Positions 1 through 13,335 of a stretch of 64,000 bases of DNA are shown in pieces. Origin of the DNA: Lama guanicoe (lineage: Eukaryota); the NCBI GenBank assembly GCA_013239625.1, contig MU053304.1, positions 2,790,001 through 2,854,000 of the forward strand, in the 5' to 3' direction. The translations under genes and the position numbers were made by a program. Position 1 is the first letter of the stretch; each line of letters begins with the position of its first letter. A model generated the notes under the pieces. The model was not told the origin of the DNA and ran no database searches. It saw only the letters and a program-made list of their open reading frames with translations.

Positions 1-539
1 CTAGAAAGCTATTTAAGTTCTCTGCTTATCTTGATGTTAGGCAACCATACGATGATGATTTAATGACATGGAATTAAGAATGGGAAGACTAACTTTTGAC
101 TCAACATTACAGATGTCTTCTAATTTTTTACATTTATTTTATGCTTCGTGTAGGAAGAATGATTGATATGTGATTAGGTAATACTTTGCAACCCTAGAAA
201 GTAGCACAGTTGTGTATCATTTTATTGAATAATCATAATTCATAGGAAAGGCCTTCATAGTTTTTTCATTCACTGTGTGCATCCCTGCTGCATTGTAACT
301 TTCTTCTCCATCTCTTGGTGACACCTCAGGTAGATCCTATGGCTTTCTGATTACTTTAAGTGATGGTAGTCTCATTTTTGTGATAATGCCAACTTTCAGA
401 TATAAAAGGTGCATTCATCTAAATCAAAGATTCACTTGCACATCTAACCTAAATCTCGCACCCACCTCCTGCTCAAGCCCAGCCCTGCATGGGGACCAGT
501 AGTGGACTGAGGCACTGGAATACTTTGATTAAGGAGATG

Positions 540-1060
540 GGGACTGTATGCCCAGTACACAGGCAATAATACAACAAATGAAAAGGCAGGGTTTTTTTTT
601 ATCAAAAATCATCATTAATAGGCAATTTTAAACAATGTAAATAATGAAATACTCCTCTTCCAAAAAAATCTATTGTGTAATCCAACTTGTAAACAGTGGC
701 CAGAGTCACTGCTGAGAGCTAATAATACACATATAAGCTTCGAATGAGCACATTTGTCTTACTTTCCTTTAACAAATACAGTATCCATAAATGTAGTATT
801 TTATGTGAAGCTAACTTGGGAAACTTCCAGCTATGGAGTCACCCCCAATACACACAACTTCAGTGACACACCTTCATTTCAAGAGTAAGTTAGTGAAGTT
901 CTGTAATCGTTCCAGCTTGAGGAGGCACATTCCATGTCTCTAAACCCTACATACTCTTGGGTGTGAGCAGGAAATTCAGAATAAACAATATAGTTTTTCT
1001 TTTCTGAGTTATTTTATTTCTGATGTCAAGTTTTAGATGAGCCTAATCAAACACAAATTT
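540..1060. mobile_element. Degraded DNA transposon, probably hAT-Tip100 class
   Basis: Motifs caggcaataa...ggcaattttaaacaatgt...aaatactcctcttccaaaaaaaatc...aataatacacatataagcttc resemble hAT-Tip100 consensus sequence from memory. Terminal inverted repeats not identified. Confidence 0.4.
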
Positions 1061-3839
1061 TCAAACGTCAAGAATCAAATTTGAACAATGTACAGAGAGA
1101 CAATGGGCTTTAAAATTGTTCCTTGTGAAGAATGTCATTGACTCTGCAACAGTAAGATGTAAGGAAATAAAATTATAGAGAAAAACAGTCAGAAAGAATG
1201 CCAGGAGAAATGACAGGAGGTGGTGACCTTGCATTGCCAGAGATACCAAAAAGGCAGTGTCAGAATGCTTTGATCATTTTCACCAGGAACTGAACACTTG
1301 CTCTAAATAAATGAATCAAGGAAAGTCATTTAGCCATTAATTCTAATTTTTGCAGAAGAAAGAACACGTGAAAGTTCCTCCCAAATTTAACAGATCTGTG
1401 TGATGAACTTCCTGGTGAAGATAATTTAGTATTAGTAAATTAATGATTTAATAATTTTATGTTTCCCTAATGTCATCAAATCCCATGTAAACAGTCAGTA
1501 GGTTCTTTACAAGTAAAACCTCTAGAAAAAGTTATCTTTCACTTCCATATAAAACCAAATTTATATCCCTTTTTCTAGGAAAGAAGAAAGAGGGACTTTT
1601 GGGAATCAGAGGAAGAGCTCTCTTTGAAGTTGTCTGAATGTTGGGAACTCTGGCCAAGGAGTTAGAACTGGGAGACTTGCAACCGTGACTAAAGCCATCT
1701 CAGCTCTCAAAGCTCAGTTCAAGGATGACACTGAATTTAGAGAATGGCTTCCTTGACTCCACCACTAGGGCTTCTGACAAGGAATTTGTGTAGGTCTGGA
1801 AGCCTCAGAAGAGTGCTCTGGTTCACGGCATAGGAGACCATAATGACATCGTTAGTGACTTCACACAAAGTTTTCCTAGACTTGCAAGCATGTTATAATC
1901 ACGTTAAATATTACATCCAGAGCAATCACTCATTATGTCCTACGTTCAGTGCAGCCCACTAGTGGATTTGACCGTTCATACCCACGGGGGATTCCAGGGC
2001 TGCAGTTAATTTTTGAAACATTTTATAAAGTTGCTGAATCTTTCTAATCTTTAAAATACTGATCTCTGTTTTTTTCACTAGCAATAATTTATTCCTGTGT
2101 CTTTTTTACCACCAAATACAATTTGAAGGAAACCCTTAGCTACAGCTGCCTTTTAAAAATGTATAAAATTGTGTATTAAGGTTTGCATGTCAATCAAAAA
2201 TTGCTTCTAGAAAACAGTGGGAACATTTATCCATTTCTTCTGATTTCTTTCTCTATAAACCGAGAAGCATCCCTATTACCCAGAAAAGATCTAGCAGAAG
2301 TGCCCATGCTTAGCCGTGATACAAGCAAACCTGCCATGTGGAGCAGGGATGTTTGTATGATGGTTTTTCAACAATTAAGTACAGAATAATAAGTTATATC
2401 ATTGTTGGCTCAACAGACCACCATCTGTGCTGAAAGCTATTTGGTATTGGTCAGCAGATCGTGCTCCTAAGACATCCTATTGGTGTCATCATAATATTAG
2501 GAGTATCTCAGACAGCTATTGAAAAATCTGAAACTTCATTCAACATGAGGGTGGGTCATTTAGGCAGGATCCACCTGCCTCATGGAAACCAGCCTCCTGT
2601 GTCTTCTTGTTCTTTAGCCCTAGAAGACAGTTTGATGCCCTGGCAAGTATTGCTTTGTTAAAAAGAATCTCAATCTAGGATTTTACAGGTTGTTCTCTGA
2701 AGCAAAACTGGGTTGTGAATTAGGGAATGAAAGGAGTTTACAAATATGCTAGAGCTGACATTGGCCTTCAAGTTTCCAATCGGGGACACTGGGCTTAATG
2801 TTTCCCATGGGTGCATTTTCACATCTTCAGTAAACAGAAAGCCTTAGTTAAAAGGCTCCCCAGTCAACGCTTAGCCTAACAAGAGTTTCTGCTTGAGCAA
2901 ATTAGAGTGACATCTCCAGACCTCTATTTCCATATGTTCTTGCTATTCATGGAGATTAACTCTTGCATTTTGTAAAGAATTCTGGCATGATTAGTCAGAG
3001 GATGTTTTAAAGTGTCAAAAGGGGTGACTGACAAGCACTGTTCACTTAAAGTCTCCCCTTCATCAACCTCCAGCCCCCAACAAAAGACATGATGGCAAAA
3101 GTGAACACTTATTGGCCATGTGATATTCCCCTGAGAGTAAATTTGGTTTGGTTAAATGCTGAAAGTTTTGCAAAATAAAACATTTTTATAAATTAGGCTG
3201 GAAATCTTTCAAGAACAGGGTTTTTGGAAAGGTCTCTCATGTTTCCAGATTTGAAGGACTGGGAAAATCTGCACAGACAGAGCTCTGCGTCCATGTGAAA
3301 CAATGCGTTACACTCTTTCCTCTCCTGTGGAGCTTAGGTTTGTTTACAGATAAGTATATGAACTTCAGAGTCGGCAACACATCCTGCTAACTTCACTGGC
3401 TGAGAATCATGATTTCATTCAGGGTTTCAGTCTGAAGATGAACGGTTTAATAGATAATATCTCATTAATTTTCTTTGAAGGGGAACCCATTTAAAGGAAT
3501 TTGAGGGTAGTGACTATCGTACTAATTTTGGGGGAAAAGGGAGTTGAAGAAGAGTATTGTGAGACTCTTGTTGCCTCCAGGCCTTTTTCTAGTCTATTCT
3601 TGTGCTGGATATTCTAATGATATTCTAGCAATAATCCCGGCCCAAGCCTTTATCTCACAGGAAAGCCTGCAAACCCTTTCAGATCATCCTCATGTCACTG
3701 GCCACTTAGCTATACAGCGCAGTGTCATGGAAACAGTGTTAGGCTCCTGGTGAAAAGACATATTGTTCTACCCCCACCATTTACCAGGTGCCAGACAATG
3801 TGCAGTTCACCTAACTGCTCTGATACCCAGTATTCTCAT

Positions 3840-4930
3840 TTACTCATTTATTAAACAAATATTCATGAGTGTCTGCTCCAGGCTGAGTACAGTGCTAGGT
3901 ACTAACAGTAAAATGGTTTCCCTAAACAGATTATGGTAGCTGGCCTTCAAGATGGCCATCATCAGTTTCTTCCCTTCCCATATGTTCGTTTTCCCCATTG
4001 CATGATGGAGTCAACTTTCCTTCCCCTTGAATCTAGATAGGCTCTCAATTATTGACCAATAAAGTACAATAAAACAGATATGGTGTCAGATTCCAGGACC
4101 AGGCTTCAGGAGACTGGTAGCTTCTACTTCCTGTCTGTTGGAATCCTGAGCCCACCGTGTACGCACTCCAGCTACCTGGAGGTTCCCACCCCCGAGGAAG
4201 CCCAAAGCCAGCCATGAGGAGAAACCATGGAGAGAGAAAGGCAGGGATGCAGATGGTGGAGATCAGGCTCTGGCCATGGGAAGATGTCCCCAAATGAGGC
4301 CAGTCTAGCTTACATTTCACTTCAACTGTATGAAGGCCTCTGAAGCATGAATTTTCCAGGGGAGGCCATCAATTCCTTGAACCACAGGAAATAGTAATAA
4401 GTCAGTCTTCTAAGCAACTATGTTTTCAGATCTATTTATGCAGCAATAGATGATGGAATACATACTTGCTGCTGTCCTGGAGGTTAAAGTTTAGCGAGGA
4501 CAACAGGATACCTGGCAAATGATCACAAAAATGAGCATCAGTGAGGGAAGGTTCATGGGCCTGTAACATACAACATGGGATCGGGACCAAGTGTGGGATC
4601 AGGGAGTTTCTGTGAGGCAGTGATGTTTGGATTGCAATCACCAAGGGACAGATGCTATGTAACTAAGTAAAGAGAAGGGGATCTTATTTGCTTAGGATAG
4701 TGTTCCATGCAAAGGAAGCAGGGCGTGCAATGGCTCCAAGTGGAGGAGGGCCAGGGTGCAGTCAGTGCACAGCAAGAAGGTCGGTGCAGCTGGAGGGCAG
4801 TGAGTGGCAGGTGATAAAGTCAGTAAAGGAGGACAGGCCAGTCAATCATGCTGTGTCTGCATGGAGTCTGGAATATGATTTTACTGCAATGGGAAGCATC
4901 TGAATTATTTTAACTGGAAAAGTTAAATAC
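3840..4930 (-). mobile_element. L2 LINE 3' fragment interrupted by a MaLR LTR
   Basis: L2 3'-end signature in reverse (cattta ttaaacaaatattcatgagtgtctgctcc...gtgctaggtac). L2-like sequence resumes after about 4462. Confidence 0.6.
3932..4461 (+). mobile_element. MaLR solo LTR (MLT1G/H/J-like)
   Basis: Starts tatggtagctggccttcaagatggcc and ends gcagcaatagatgatggaataca, typical MLT1 termini. Confidence 0.7.
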
Positions 4931-5294
4931 AGGTTTGGTTACCTATCAAGAGATATTCCCCAACAAGGTTGTTACCTGTCTCAAGTGTTACAACACGTGT
5001 ACAAGAATTTTGTAAAGCCAAAAGCATTATTAAAATGAAAAGCATTATAATTAATTATTATAAAAAATCATTACAAAAAAGGTTTAGTGAGTTCATAAAG
5101 AAAAAGCCAGATATTAAAACCCAGGGTGAACGGCATTCTTGTTTTCAAGAAATATTCAAAATGCAGAAAAATACCCAGTACTTATCCGTGAATATAGAAA
5201 ATTACTGCTCCAATGGAGTATATGGATAAAATGTATTACAGCAAAAGTAAAGCAAAACTACAAGTTAAAACATTTTCTTTATAATGTTTTCTAG

Positions 5295-5470
5295 TTGGTA
5301 TGGTGTAGCCAAAAGCATAGGGCACTAGAGGTCAGAAATTGTGATTTGCTGTGTCAATAATTAGCCCTGTGACCTTGAGCCAATACCTTTTGAACTCTGT
5401 AGACTTCAGTTTCCCATCCAAAAATGAGAGATTATACTAACTGGTCTCTTTCCAGTTCCATGGTTCGAAT
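5295..5470 (+). mobile_element. MIR SINE
   Basis: Core tgtgaccttgagc...cttcagtttcccatccaaaaatgag. Confidence 0.7.
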
Positions 5471-7903
5471 TCTGTCTATTGCCTATAAAATTATTACATC
5501 TTTAAGGATAAGTGAATATATAAAGGGAAAACTCCTGTATCATATTTTAAAATTTTCTGATAAATCTTATGCTTAAGTTATATATTGAGGGCATTCTTTG
5601 CTTTAGTTTATCACTCATGAACTATGTCTTTCAAAGATTAACAGGCTGTTCTTGGCAAAGTTACCAGGTACTTTGTCCTTTAATTTTCTAGGAAACATGT
5701 AAGAACAACTGATCACTCTGAGTCTTATCAGAATAAAATGTTAATATATTCTATAAAAGTCTGATTAGCTCCATTAAAAATAACTCACTGTCAGTTTCTG
5801 GGCTTCATTTCAAAAAAGGGCCTTAAAATAATTTATTGTTTTACATCTCCTTATGTGCAAGTCCCATCCATCTTATTTTAAAGACCTTTTCCTGAGGGAA
5901 GATGAGTGTTACCAAGCTACCTTATGCAGCTTCGGGTTTTATATGTTTATAATATCTTCAGTTTAGGCAAATTTTCAGACTCACCTGGATTCAACCATTA
6001 TTAGAATTTACAGGAACATGTATGAATAAATAGAAATGAATTTCTGCAGCATCATCTAATTTCAAGTCTTCTTATTGGATGGAAGTGAGACACGTATGAA
6101 TAACACTTGGGGTCTGTCTCAAGTCGTTTGCAGTTCACTTAAAATGCAAAAGGCTTATTCAAATAAGTATATTGTAAATCCGATAGTATTATATCGTAAA
6201 AAGAATGAAGTGGGCTTCCTAGCGAGAAAACACAGTAATGATATACTTCCAAACCCCATCCCCCATGCATCAACTCTAAGAAATATCTTCGGGTTAAAAC
6301 AAGTGAGACCAAATTGAAGGAAATTATCAGAGGGGATACAAAAACATATCAAGGTGGTAAAAAAAAAAAAACACAAGTTTTTTGTACTCATATACAGCTA
6401 AGTTAGTTGTCCCACTTTATATTCTTGATAGTAATTGCGAGTTATGTAAGTATTCTCTGTCTGGTTCCACGTCTGTAAAACAGGACTGATACATACATTC
6501 TTCACCGTGTTATTGGGAGATAGCGTTTCTGAGAAAATATCTGCATCACGGTTATCCTAAAGCCTAGAATACGGTAAGTACGACTTAAACATTACTTTCC
6601 AGGAAGGTAATGTTGGTAGAATTTCTAAATGATGAGAATTAACCTATGCTGGTGTCTGCAGGCCAACTGCAGCATTGTACGTGAACAGTCACTATTCACA
6701 CGTCTTAGGCTGTACGTAAATAATCACGTTGTACAGACGAACTCAAAATCTCTGTTCATTGGACAGAAAATAACTCTTGAAGCTGAATTTCACCAATAAA
6801 TTACAAAATAATGAAGATTGTATTCCAAAGTCAGCACCTGACTCATTTGGTAAAAGATTTTCTTCCACTAGTCGGAGAACTAATCCACCTTTCTCTGATG
6901 TCCGGTATCTTCACATCAGTTCTCCTTCTTTCCAATTAAAACTTACTCTCAGATACCAAAACAGGAATATGTGTAAAGAATTTAAACACACAGATAGCTA
7001 TCTTCCTGCAAAGATTCCCATTTAAAAAAAAATTCTAAAAGAAATGAGCAAATCTCTTGTAGGCACCAGTTATCAAGTGAATAAAGAATTTTTCAGTGCT
7101 GAGAGGAAGATGGATTTTTCCTCACACACCCTAAGAATTGTACCTATTCATCTATTACTAAAGCCAAAGTTACTTAGAGACTTCTGTTTACAATAACTAA
7201 AAAATAAGCTGTCACTATAGTATGAAATATTTTAAAAACCACATAAATTCATTGATGTGTAGTCAATGGGTAATCATGTCTAGTTAATAAACTTTCACTA
7301 TAATGCTTTTGCTATTGCAACATGAATTCCTAATTGAAGAGAAATAATTATGCAAGCAGTACAGGTTTCCAGGTTCTAAAATCAATCTAAAGGTAGAAAT
7401 CTCAAAACCTTCCAGGACTTTTGGCTTATTGTACATATTTTACGTCATTAAATAGATGAAATCCAAAATGTTGTACAACAGGTGTTGGATTCTACATCTC
7501 TGCTTTTTAAAGTAATTGGGTCCTCATAAGGCTTCACTTTTATACATATACTTTTATACAAATGAGAACTATATCCTCAAATACTAGACAGAAGATGTAA
7601 ATGTGTGTACGTGCACTGGTGTCGTGAAGGATATCTGAGCATTTATATGTATGTGTGCATGCATGTAAATGTGCACAAATGATTGCTGATCTGATGGTTA
7701 TAACAACAGAAAAAACATCTACCACTTACCCAAGCCCTGATGGTTAACTGCACTATATCAGCTGCTTCACATGCATTCTTTCTCCGCTTTACAAACCACC
7801 TTGAGAGGCCAATATACCTAGAAGGAAACTGAGAATGAGAGAAATTAATGAACTCTCCTTGAATCACGCAGTAATGACTTGCATGTTTATGACTTAAACC
7901 CAG

Positions 7904-8254
7904 TGCCTGAGTTAGTTAGGGCTGCTATAACAAACACCATAGACCAGCTGCCTTCAACAACAAACACTTGTTTTCTAGAAGCTGGGAAGTCCAAGATCAA
8001 GGTGCTGGCAGATTCAGTTCCTGGTAAAGACTCTCTTCCTGGCTTACAGGTGGCCACCTTCTCACTATGTCCTCACGTGGTGGGGGTGGAGGGTGGGAGC
8101 TCACTCTCCTGTTGTCATAAGGGCATTATTCCCATTCATGAGGGTGGAGCCTCCCACCCAGAGGCCCCACCTCCAAACACTATCACACTGGGGATTGGGG
8201 CTTTAACATATGCATTTTCAGGGGTGAAGGGAGACAGGAACATTGTCTATAGCA
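7904..8254 (-). mobile_element. MaLR solo LTR (MLT1A-like) inserted in a MIR, 5-bp TSD CCCAG
   Basis: TG...CA termini, with the motifs gctgctataacaaacaccataga and gaagtccaagatcaaggtgctggcag. CCCAG occurs at 7899-7903 and 8255-8259. Confidence 0.85.
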
Positions 8255-8914
8255 CCCAGGTCTGCCTGATTCCACAGTGTATCCTTTTCAATCTGCCATG
8301 CTCCTCATTATTCCCTTCTGTTAACACTTTGATTATAACAGAAATAATTATATATTTTTTTATTTGTAAAAATAGGCATTCCTTATGTTGCATTGTTTTT
8401 GATATCTTAGTGGTAAGGCCTTCCCTTGCCGTATTTTAAGAAAGTTAAGTGTCATTGCCTTTTGTCTAGAAGCCATGCTGATGCTGACATTAAGAATCTG
8501 CCTTACATTCCTCGTTAGCTTTCAGTCCTTTGTATTTTGTCATTAAAGGTCAGTCTAAAAGCCATTGCGTAGGAAAACATGCAAAAGCAGGTTTACTGGC
8601 TTAATACAGTGAGAGAGGACATTCCAGAAGAACCTCAACGTTAACCAAGACAAGGGAGGAAAAGAGGTGTTTTTTGTGAAGTTTGGGTTCCCCTGAAAGA
8701 CTCAGAAGTGAGTAGAAGAGGGCCAGGATCCATTCTGGATTTGTTTCTGTTTCTTTTTTTTTTTCACTTATTAAGTCCAATATTGATTACATGCCTACTG
8801 CATGCTTTAGTATTAGATGAGCCTTAGGTTTGTTGAAGACAAAGTTGAAGCAGTAATTGTATAATATTCCATCCCACATATGATAGTGGTTTCAAGTACA
8901 TCATATGATCTTTT

Positions 8915-9830
8915 AAATTTTATAACGTGTTTACTGAGACATAATTGACATAATGTTGGGTTAGTTTTAGGTATTCTGCATAATGATTTGATATGTGTAT
9001 ACATGGAGAAATTATTAATTTCCACAATAAGTCTCCATCACCACACATAGTTACAGTTTTTTTCTTGTGATAAGAACTTTTAATTACCCCAGGAATCCTG
9101 CTCCTGGGCATACATCCAGAAGAAACCCTACTTCAAAAAGACAACTGTACCCCAATATTCATAGCAGCACTATTTACAATAGTCAAGACATGGAAACAGC
9201 CTAAATGTCCATCAACAGATGACTGGATAAAGAAGATGTGGTATATTTATGCAATGGAATACTATTTAGCCATAAAAATTGATAACATAATGCCATTTGC
9301 AGCAACATGGATGTTCCTGGAGAATGTCATTCTAAGTGAAGTAAGCCAGAAAGAGAAAGAAAAATACCATGTGAGATCACTCATATGTTAAATCAAAAAA
9401 AAAACATAAATACAAAACAGAAACAGACTCATAGACATAGAATACAAACTTGTGGTTGCCAAGGGGGAAGGGGATGGGAAGGGACAGACTGGGATTTCAA
9501 AATGTAGAATAGATAAAGAAGATTATACTGTGTAGCACAGGGAAATACATACAAGATCTTGTGTTAGCTCACAGTGAAAAAATGTGACAATTAATATATG
9601 TATGTTCATGTATAACTGAAAAATTGTGCTCTACACTGAAATTTGACACAACATTGTAAAATTTTATTGACTATTAATAAAAAAATGTAAAAAAAAAAGA
9701 ACTTTTAATCACAAGATCACTAATCTCTTAGCAACTTTTTGATACACAGTCAAGTGTTAACTATAGTCACATGCTGTGCATTGCAACTCCAGGGCTTATT
9801 TCTCTCACACCTGGAAGTTTGTGCCTTTTG
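8915..9830 (-). mobile_element. Older L1 3' UTR fragment (L1MA9-like), split by a younger L1
   Basis: Sequence ...accacacatagttacagttttt...aagaacttttaat resumes at 9697 as aagaacttttaat...ctcttagcaactt...gtcacatgctgtgcatt. Confidence 0.7.
9085..9696 (+). mobile_element. 5'-truncated young (camelid-type) L1 with poly(A) tail and 13-bp TSD
   Basis: L1 ORF2 end and 3' UTR (ttcatagcagcactatttacaatag...cctaaatgtccatcaacagatgactggataaagaagatgtgg), AATAAA at 9676 and an A tail. TSD AAGAACTTTTAAT at 9072-9084 and 9697-9709. Confidence 0.9.
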
Positions 9831-10121
9831 CTGGTTATTATTCTGAGGCAGCAATAGAAGTGGGACTAATTAGGTGTTGGGTGCTGACAGGTGAGAGCAG
9901 CTTAGCAGTGTTATCCCAGCAATTATGGGAGAGAAAAGCAGTGTGGGTGGCATTGTAAGAAAATAGTAGTCAATTAGGCAGACCCCAAGAGGGGGTCATT
10001 GTGGCATTTCACAGTTGCTGCATGACCCATAAGAAACCATGTTTCCTGTCAACTTTCCAGCTGGGGCATGATTAACGAGCTGCTGTGTTTTCTTCCTTCA
10101 TTCAACCTGATTTTTACTCTT

Positions 10122-10268
10122 TAAAAAAAAAATCAATTTTTTAACTTCATTTATTTTGAGGGGGAGGAGTTTTGTTTGTTTATTTTTTGAGTGGAGGCAC
10201 TGGGGATTGAACCCAGGGCCTACATTCATGCTAGACAGGAATGCTACCACTGAGCTATACCCTCTCCC
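10122..10268 (-). mobile_element. tRNA-Ala-derived SINE, Vic-1 type (camelid)
   Basis: The reverse complement reads GGGAGAGGGTATAGCTCAGTGGTAGCATTCCTGTCTAGCATG...GGCCCTGGGTTCAATCCCCAGTGCCTCCA followed by an A-rich tail. Pol III A box at 10247-10257 and B box at 10204-10213. Confidence 0.8.
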
Positions 10269-12939
10269 TAGTTTTCACTTGTTTAATTCAGGGTAAGTAC
10301 TTGTTCTTTCAGTGCTAATTCTGGTTGTTGAGGTAATAGATCATTTCTGTTATATTGCTCCTGTCCTTTTTTTAGCATGTTCCCTATTTTCTACAATTCC
10401 TTTCAGGATCAGGAGAAATACAGAAAGTCCTTCTAAAGAAATAGCTGACCAGCAGTAATTAGCATGAAATCAATTTCCAATCAGAACTCCAGAAAAATAA
10501 CTGTATTTGCATTCATTAGTTATTTAGGCCTCCTGTTTGCACTATGGAATAATAAATTTACATTTTATATAATGTTTATGTAGACTGATTGGTTCATACA
10601 TTTCAATCAAAACAATTTTCTAGGTTGTTTTATTCAAAGAATCCAAATATTCTAAAATGTTGGTGAAAAAGAGGAAAGAATGGAAAAATGATAAAGGATA
10701 ATGTTTTGTGTATTAGCACACAGATCATGTGACTCAAAAGCCATCATAATGTAGTACGTTAATAAGCCCAAAGTGAAAGAATTCTGAGTGTCCCAGCCCA
10801 CAATCCATCTCTTATTACTCATAATGGTCGGTGCCATATGTATTTAGCAGCACATTCCAGATCTCAGGGAGTACTGCAACTACATTTTGGGGAATTCCAA
10901 GAATATCTATAATTCAACCTCTTTTCTGAAAGTGTTCAAAGAAAGGGGACAGAAGCAAATCTTCTTTCCACATCAGTGAGTCATAAATTGATTTAAAATT
11001 CAATTTGTTTTTTTTTTTAGGTCCTGAGCAGAGCACCGAAATATCTGAGATATCTGGTGTGCCCATGTGTTGAGCAGAACTGAGGGCTCTGATAGGCAAG
11101 TCCTGTTACACTGTGTATGGTGCCAGCAGGCAAACTGTGCACCATCAAGTGCTTGATGTTGCCAACACCATCACTGATTTAATACCACCGACAACCAAGG
11201 CAGGACCCTGTGTGTTTTCCATGACAAAGGAAAGATAAAACCATCCTCATTGGTATATTAAACCATCACTCTCTTTTCTTTCATCTATTTTTCTCAAATA
11301 TTTGATGTGTGAGGTAAATTCTAATGCAGGGCTTTCAAGACTTGAGGAAATGACACAAATCTTGTTACTAAGATATCTATCTAATTGGAAATTTGGCAAG
11401 AAAACACAAAGTCCCAGTTCTTTAATTCCAAGATTTAGGACCAGGAAATGTAAACTTACTATTTTTTTATATAAAATTCAGAGATTATTTTGGGTTTTCT
11501 TTTTCATAATATAGTGTGTCCCTCTTTGTATTGCATGTCAACAATGATGACTTTTTTTAACACTAATCCATTTAATTTTGAATATTTGTTTCAAGAGGCT
11601 TATTTATCTTCTGGATTCTGTGTTAGGAATGTCTTGCCCTCTCCACCTTCATAAGTGCATTCTGTTTTTTCCAACATTTAGAGAATATATACAAAAGTCC
11701 CATCATTCTGAAATGTTTCATTTATGCTGCATATTTCAAAAAACTCCTAATATCAGTCTTTGAAAAAAGAAAAAAAAAAGCTCTTCTCCCTTTCTTGTCA
11801 AACAGCTGCATCTTCCTAAAAATCCTATTTAGGGTTTGAATCCATTCTAGAAAATTCTAATTCACAGTTGAAAATCAATTTCTGGTAATTCCTATTTCTA
11901 CTATTGTTTTTGATCTGCTTTATGTTCTATTCAATTTTTATTCTTCCTGAAGAGAATCTTAGAAGGCTATTTCCTCTCACCGTTTTCTGTATCCTAAGGA
12001 ATTAAAATTGAGTTAGAGAAATTTCCAAGCTTTATCAAATCAGTTGTTTTGGAAATAGATCAGAAGTTTAAACACAAATTTCCTATTCCTTTCATGGCAT
12101 CATCTCAAACTCCTTTAGCTTTCATAGCAGGTTTATTTGCACTAAGTCAATCTGCACGCTAGAGCAAGCAAACTTACATCCTTCCACTGGTACCTTGTCT
12201 TCTTTCACTATCTAGTGCACTCACTAGTGGTTTCAAAGAAAAGAAAATTGAAATCTTAGGTAAGGAAAAGCTTTGCCTTTTTCACCTAAGCTTTCTCCCT
12301 CAGTTAAAACTGTGTGTCAAAATCCCATATTTTTTACTTCAAAGTTAAACTGGCATGTGCTCAATATTTTAAAATACATTGTCATAGTTGTTAATTACCC
12401 ACCTTACAGAGCTTCAGTTCGCTCTCCATTGTCTTCATAATTAACTTCTTTCTTCTTAGCATGGCAGAGTGTGGTACCATCATCTTCCTCACCTTTTTAA
12501 AGATTAAACTCATTTCCTGGATGCCCATACCTTTGTTTATTCTCTCCATCTTCCCAATTCTGCCTTTCTTGACATCCTTGAACAATCTAGGTCCCCTCAC
12601 AATAACTTGCCATTGCACAGGCTGTTTCCTCTGACCAGAGTGTCCCCCATGTCCATCCTGTCCCTTGATTTAATCACCCAGGAACATCCTGCCTACTTTC
12701 CACAGCGCAGATTCAGTTCTGCTTCTTCTGGTACACTTTACAGTCACTTTCAAGCAGAGTTTATTGTTATTTCTTTTTCCCCCTGTAACTCTTCCTTTAT
12801 ATCCTGTTTTGAAGCCTCAGCCATTGCCTTGTTAATGCAGCAATTTCCAAGACTTTTCCTCTTTTAGCCTGTGAGGGTCAATGGAAAAGACTGATTGCAT
12901 CGAAGAATCACAACTCTCCACTCCTTCCTGTATCCACGC

Positions 12940-13335
12940 TGTATTAATCAGAGTTATCCAGAGAAGCAGAACCAGTAGGATGGATGGATAGATAGATGAT
13001 AGATTTATTTTAAGGAATTGGTTCACAAGATTAAGGAGGCTAGCAAGTCCAGAATCTACCAGGTGGACCAGCAGGCAGGAGACCCAGAAAAAGCCATGTT
13101 GCAGTTCAAGTCTGAAGACTGTCTGCTGGCAGAACGCCTTCCTGCTAGGGAGAAGCCAGTCAGTTTTCTATTCTATTCTTCAGCTACATAATAGAGGGTC
13201 ATCTCCTTTACGGGAAGTCCACCAATTTAAATGTTAATTTTGCCAAAAAAATACCCTCATAGAAATATCCAGAATATGTTTAGCTAAATATCTGGGTACC
13301 ATGGTCCAGTCAAGTTGATAGAATTAACCATCACA
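12940..13335 (-). mobile_element. ERVL solo LTR (MLT2B/C-like)
   Basis: tgtattaatcagagttatccagagaagcagaacc...gatagat repeats...aaggaattggttcaca...aattaaccatcaca, with TG...CA termini. Confidence 0.8.

Noticed and set aside
7879..8439. Longest ORF in the track (186 aa, + strand)
   Set aside because: It starts at a non-ATG codon and mostly spans an MLT1A LTR and a MIR, with no recognisable protein similarity.
10195..10268. Possible tRNA-Ala gene
   Set aside because: It has A and B boxes, but the stems are degenerate and a SINE-type A-rich tail follows, so it is a SINE rather than a tRNA.
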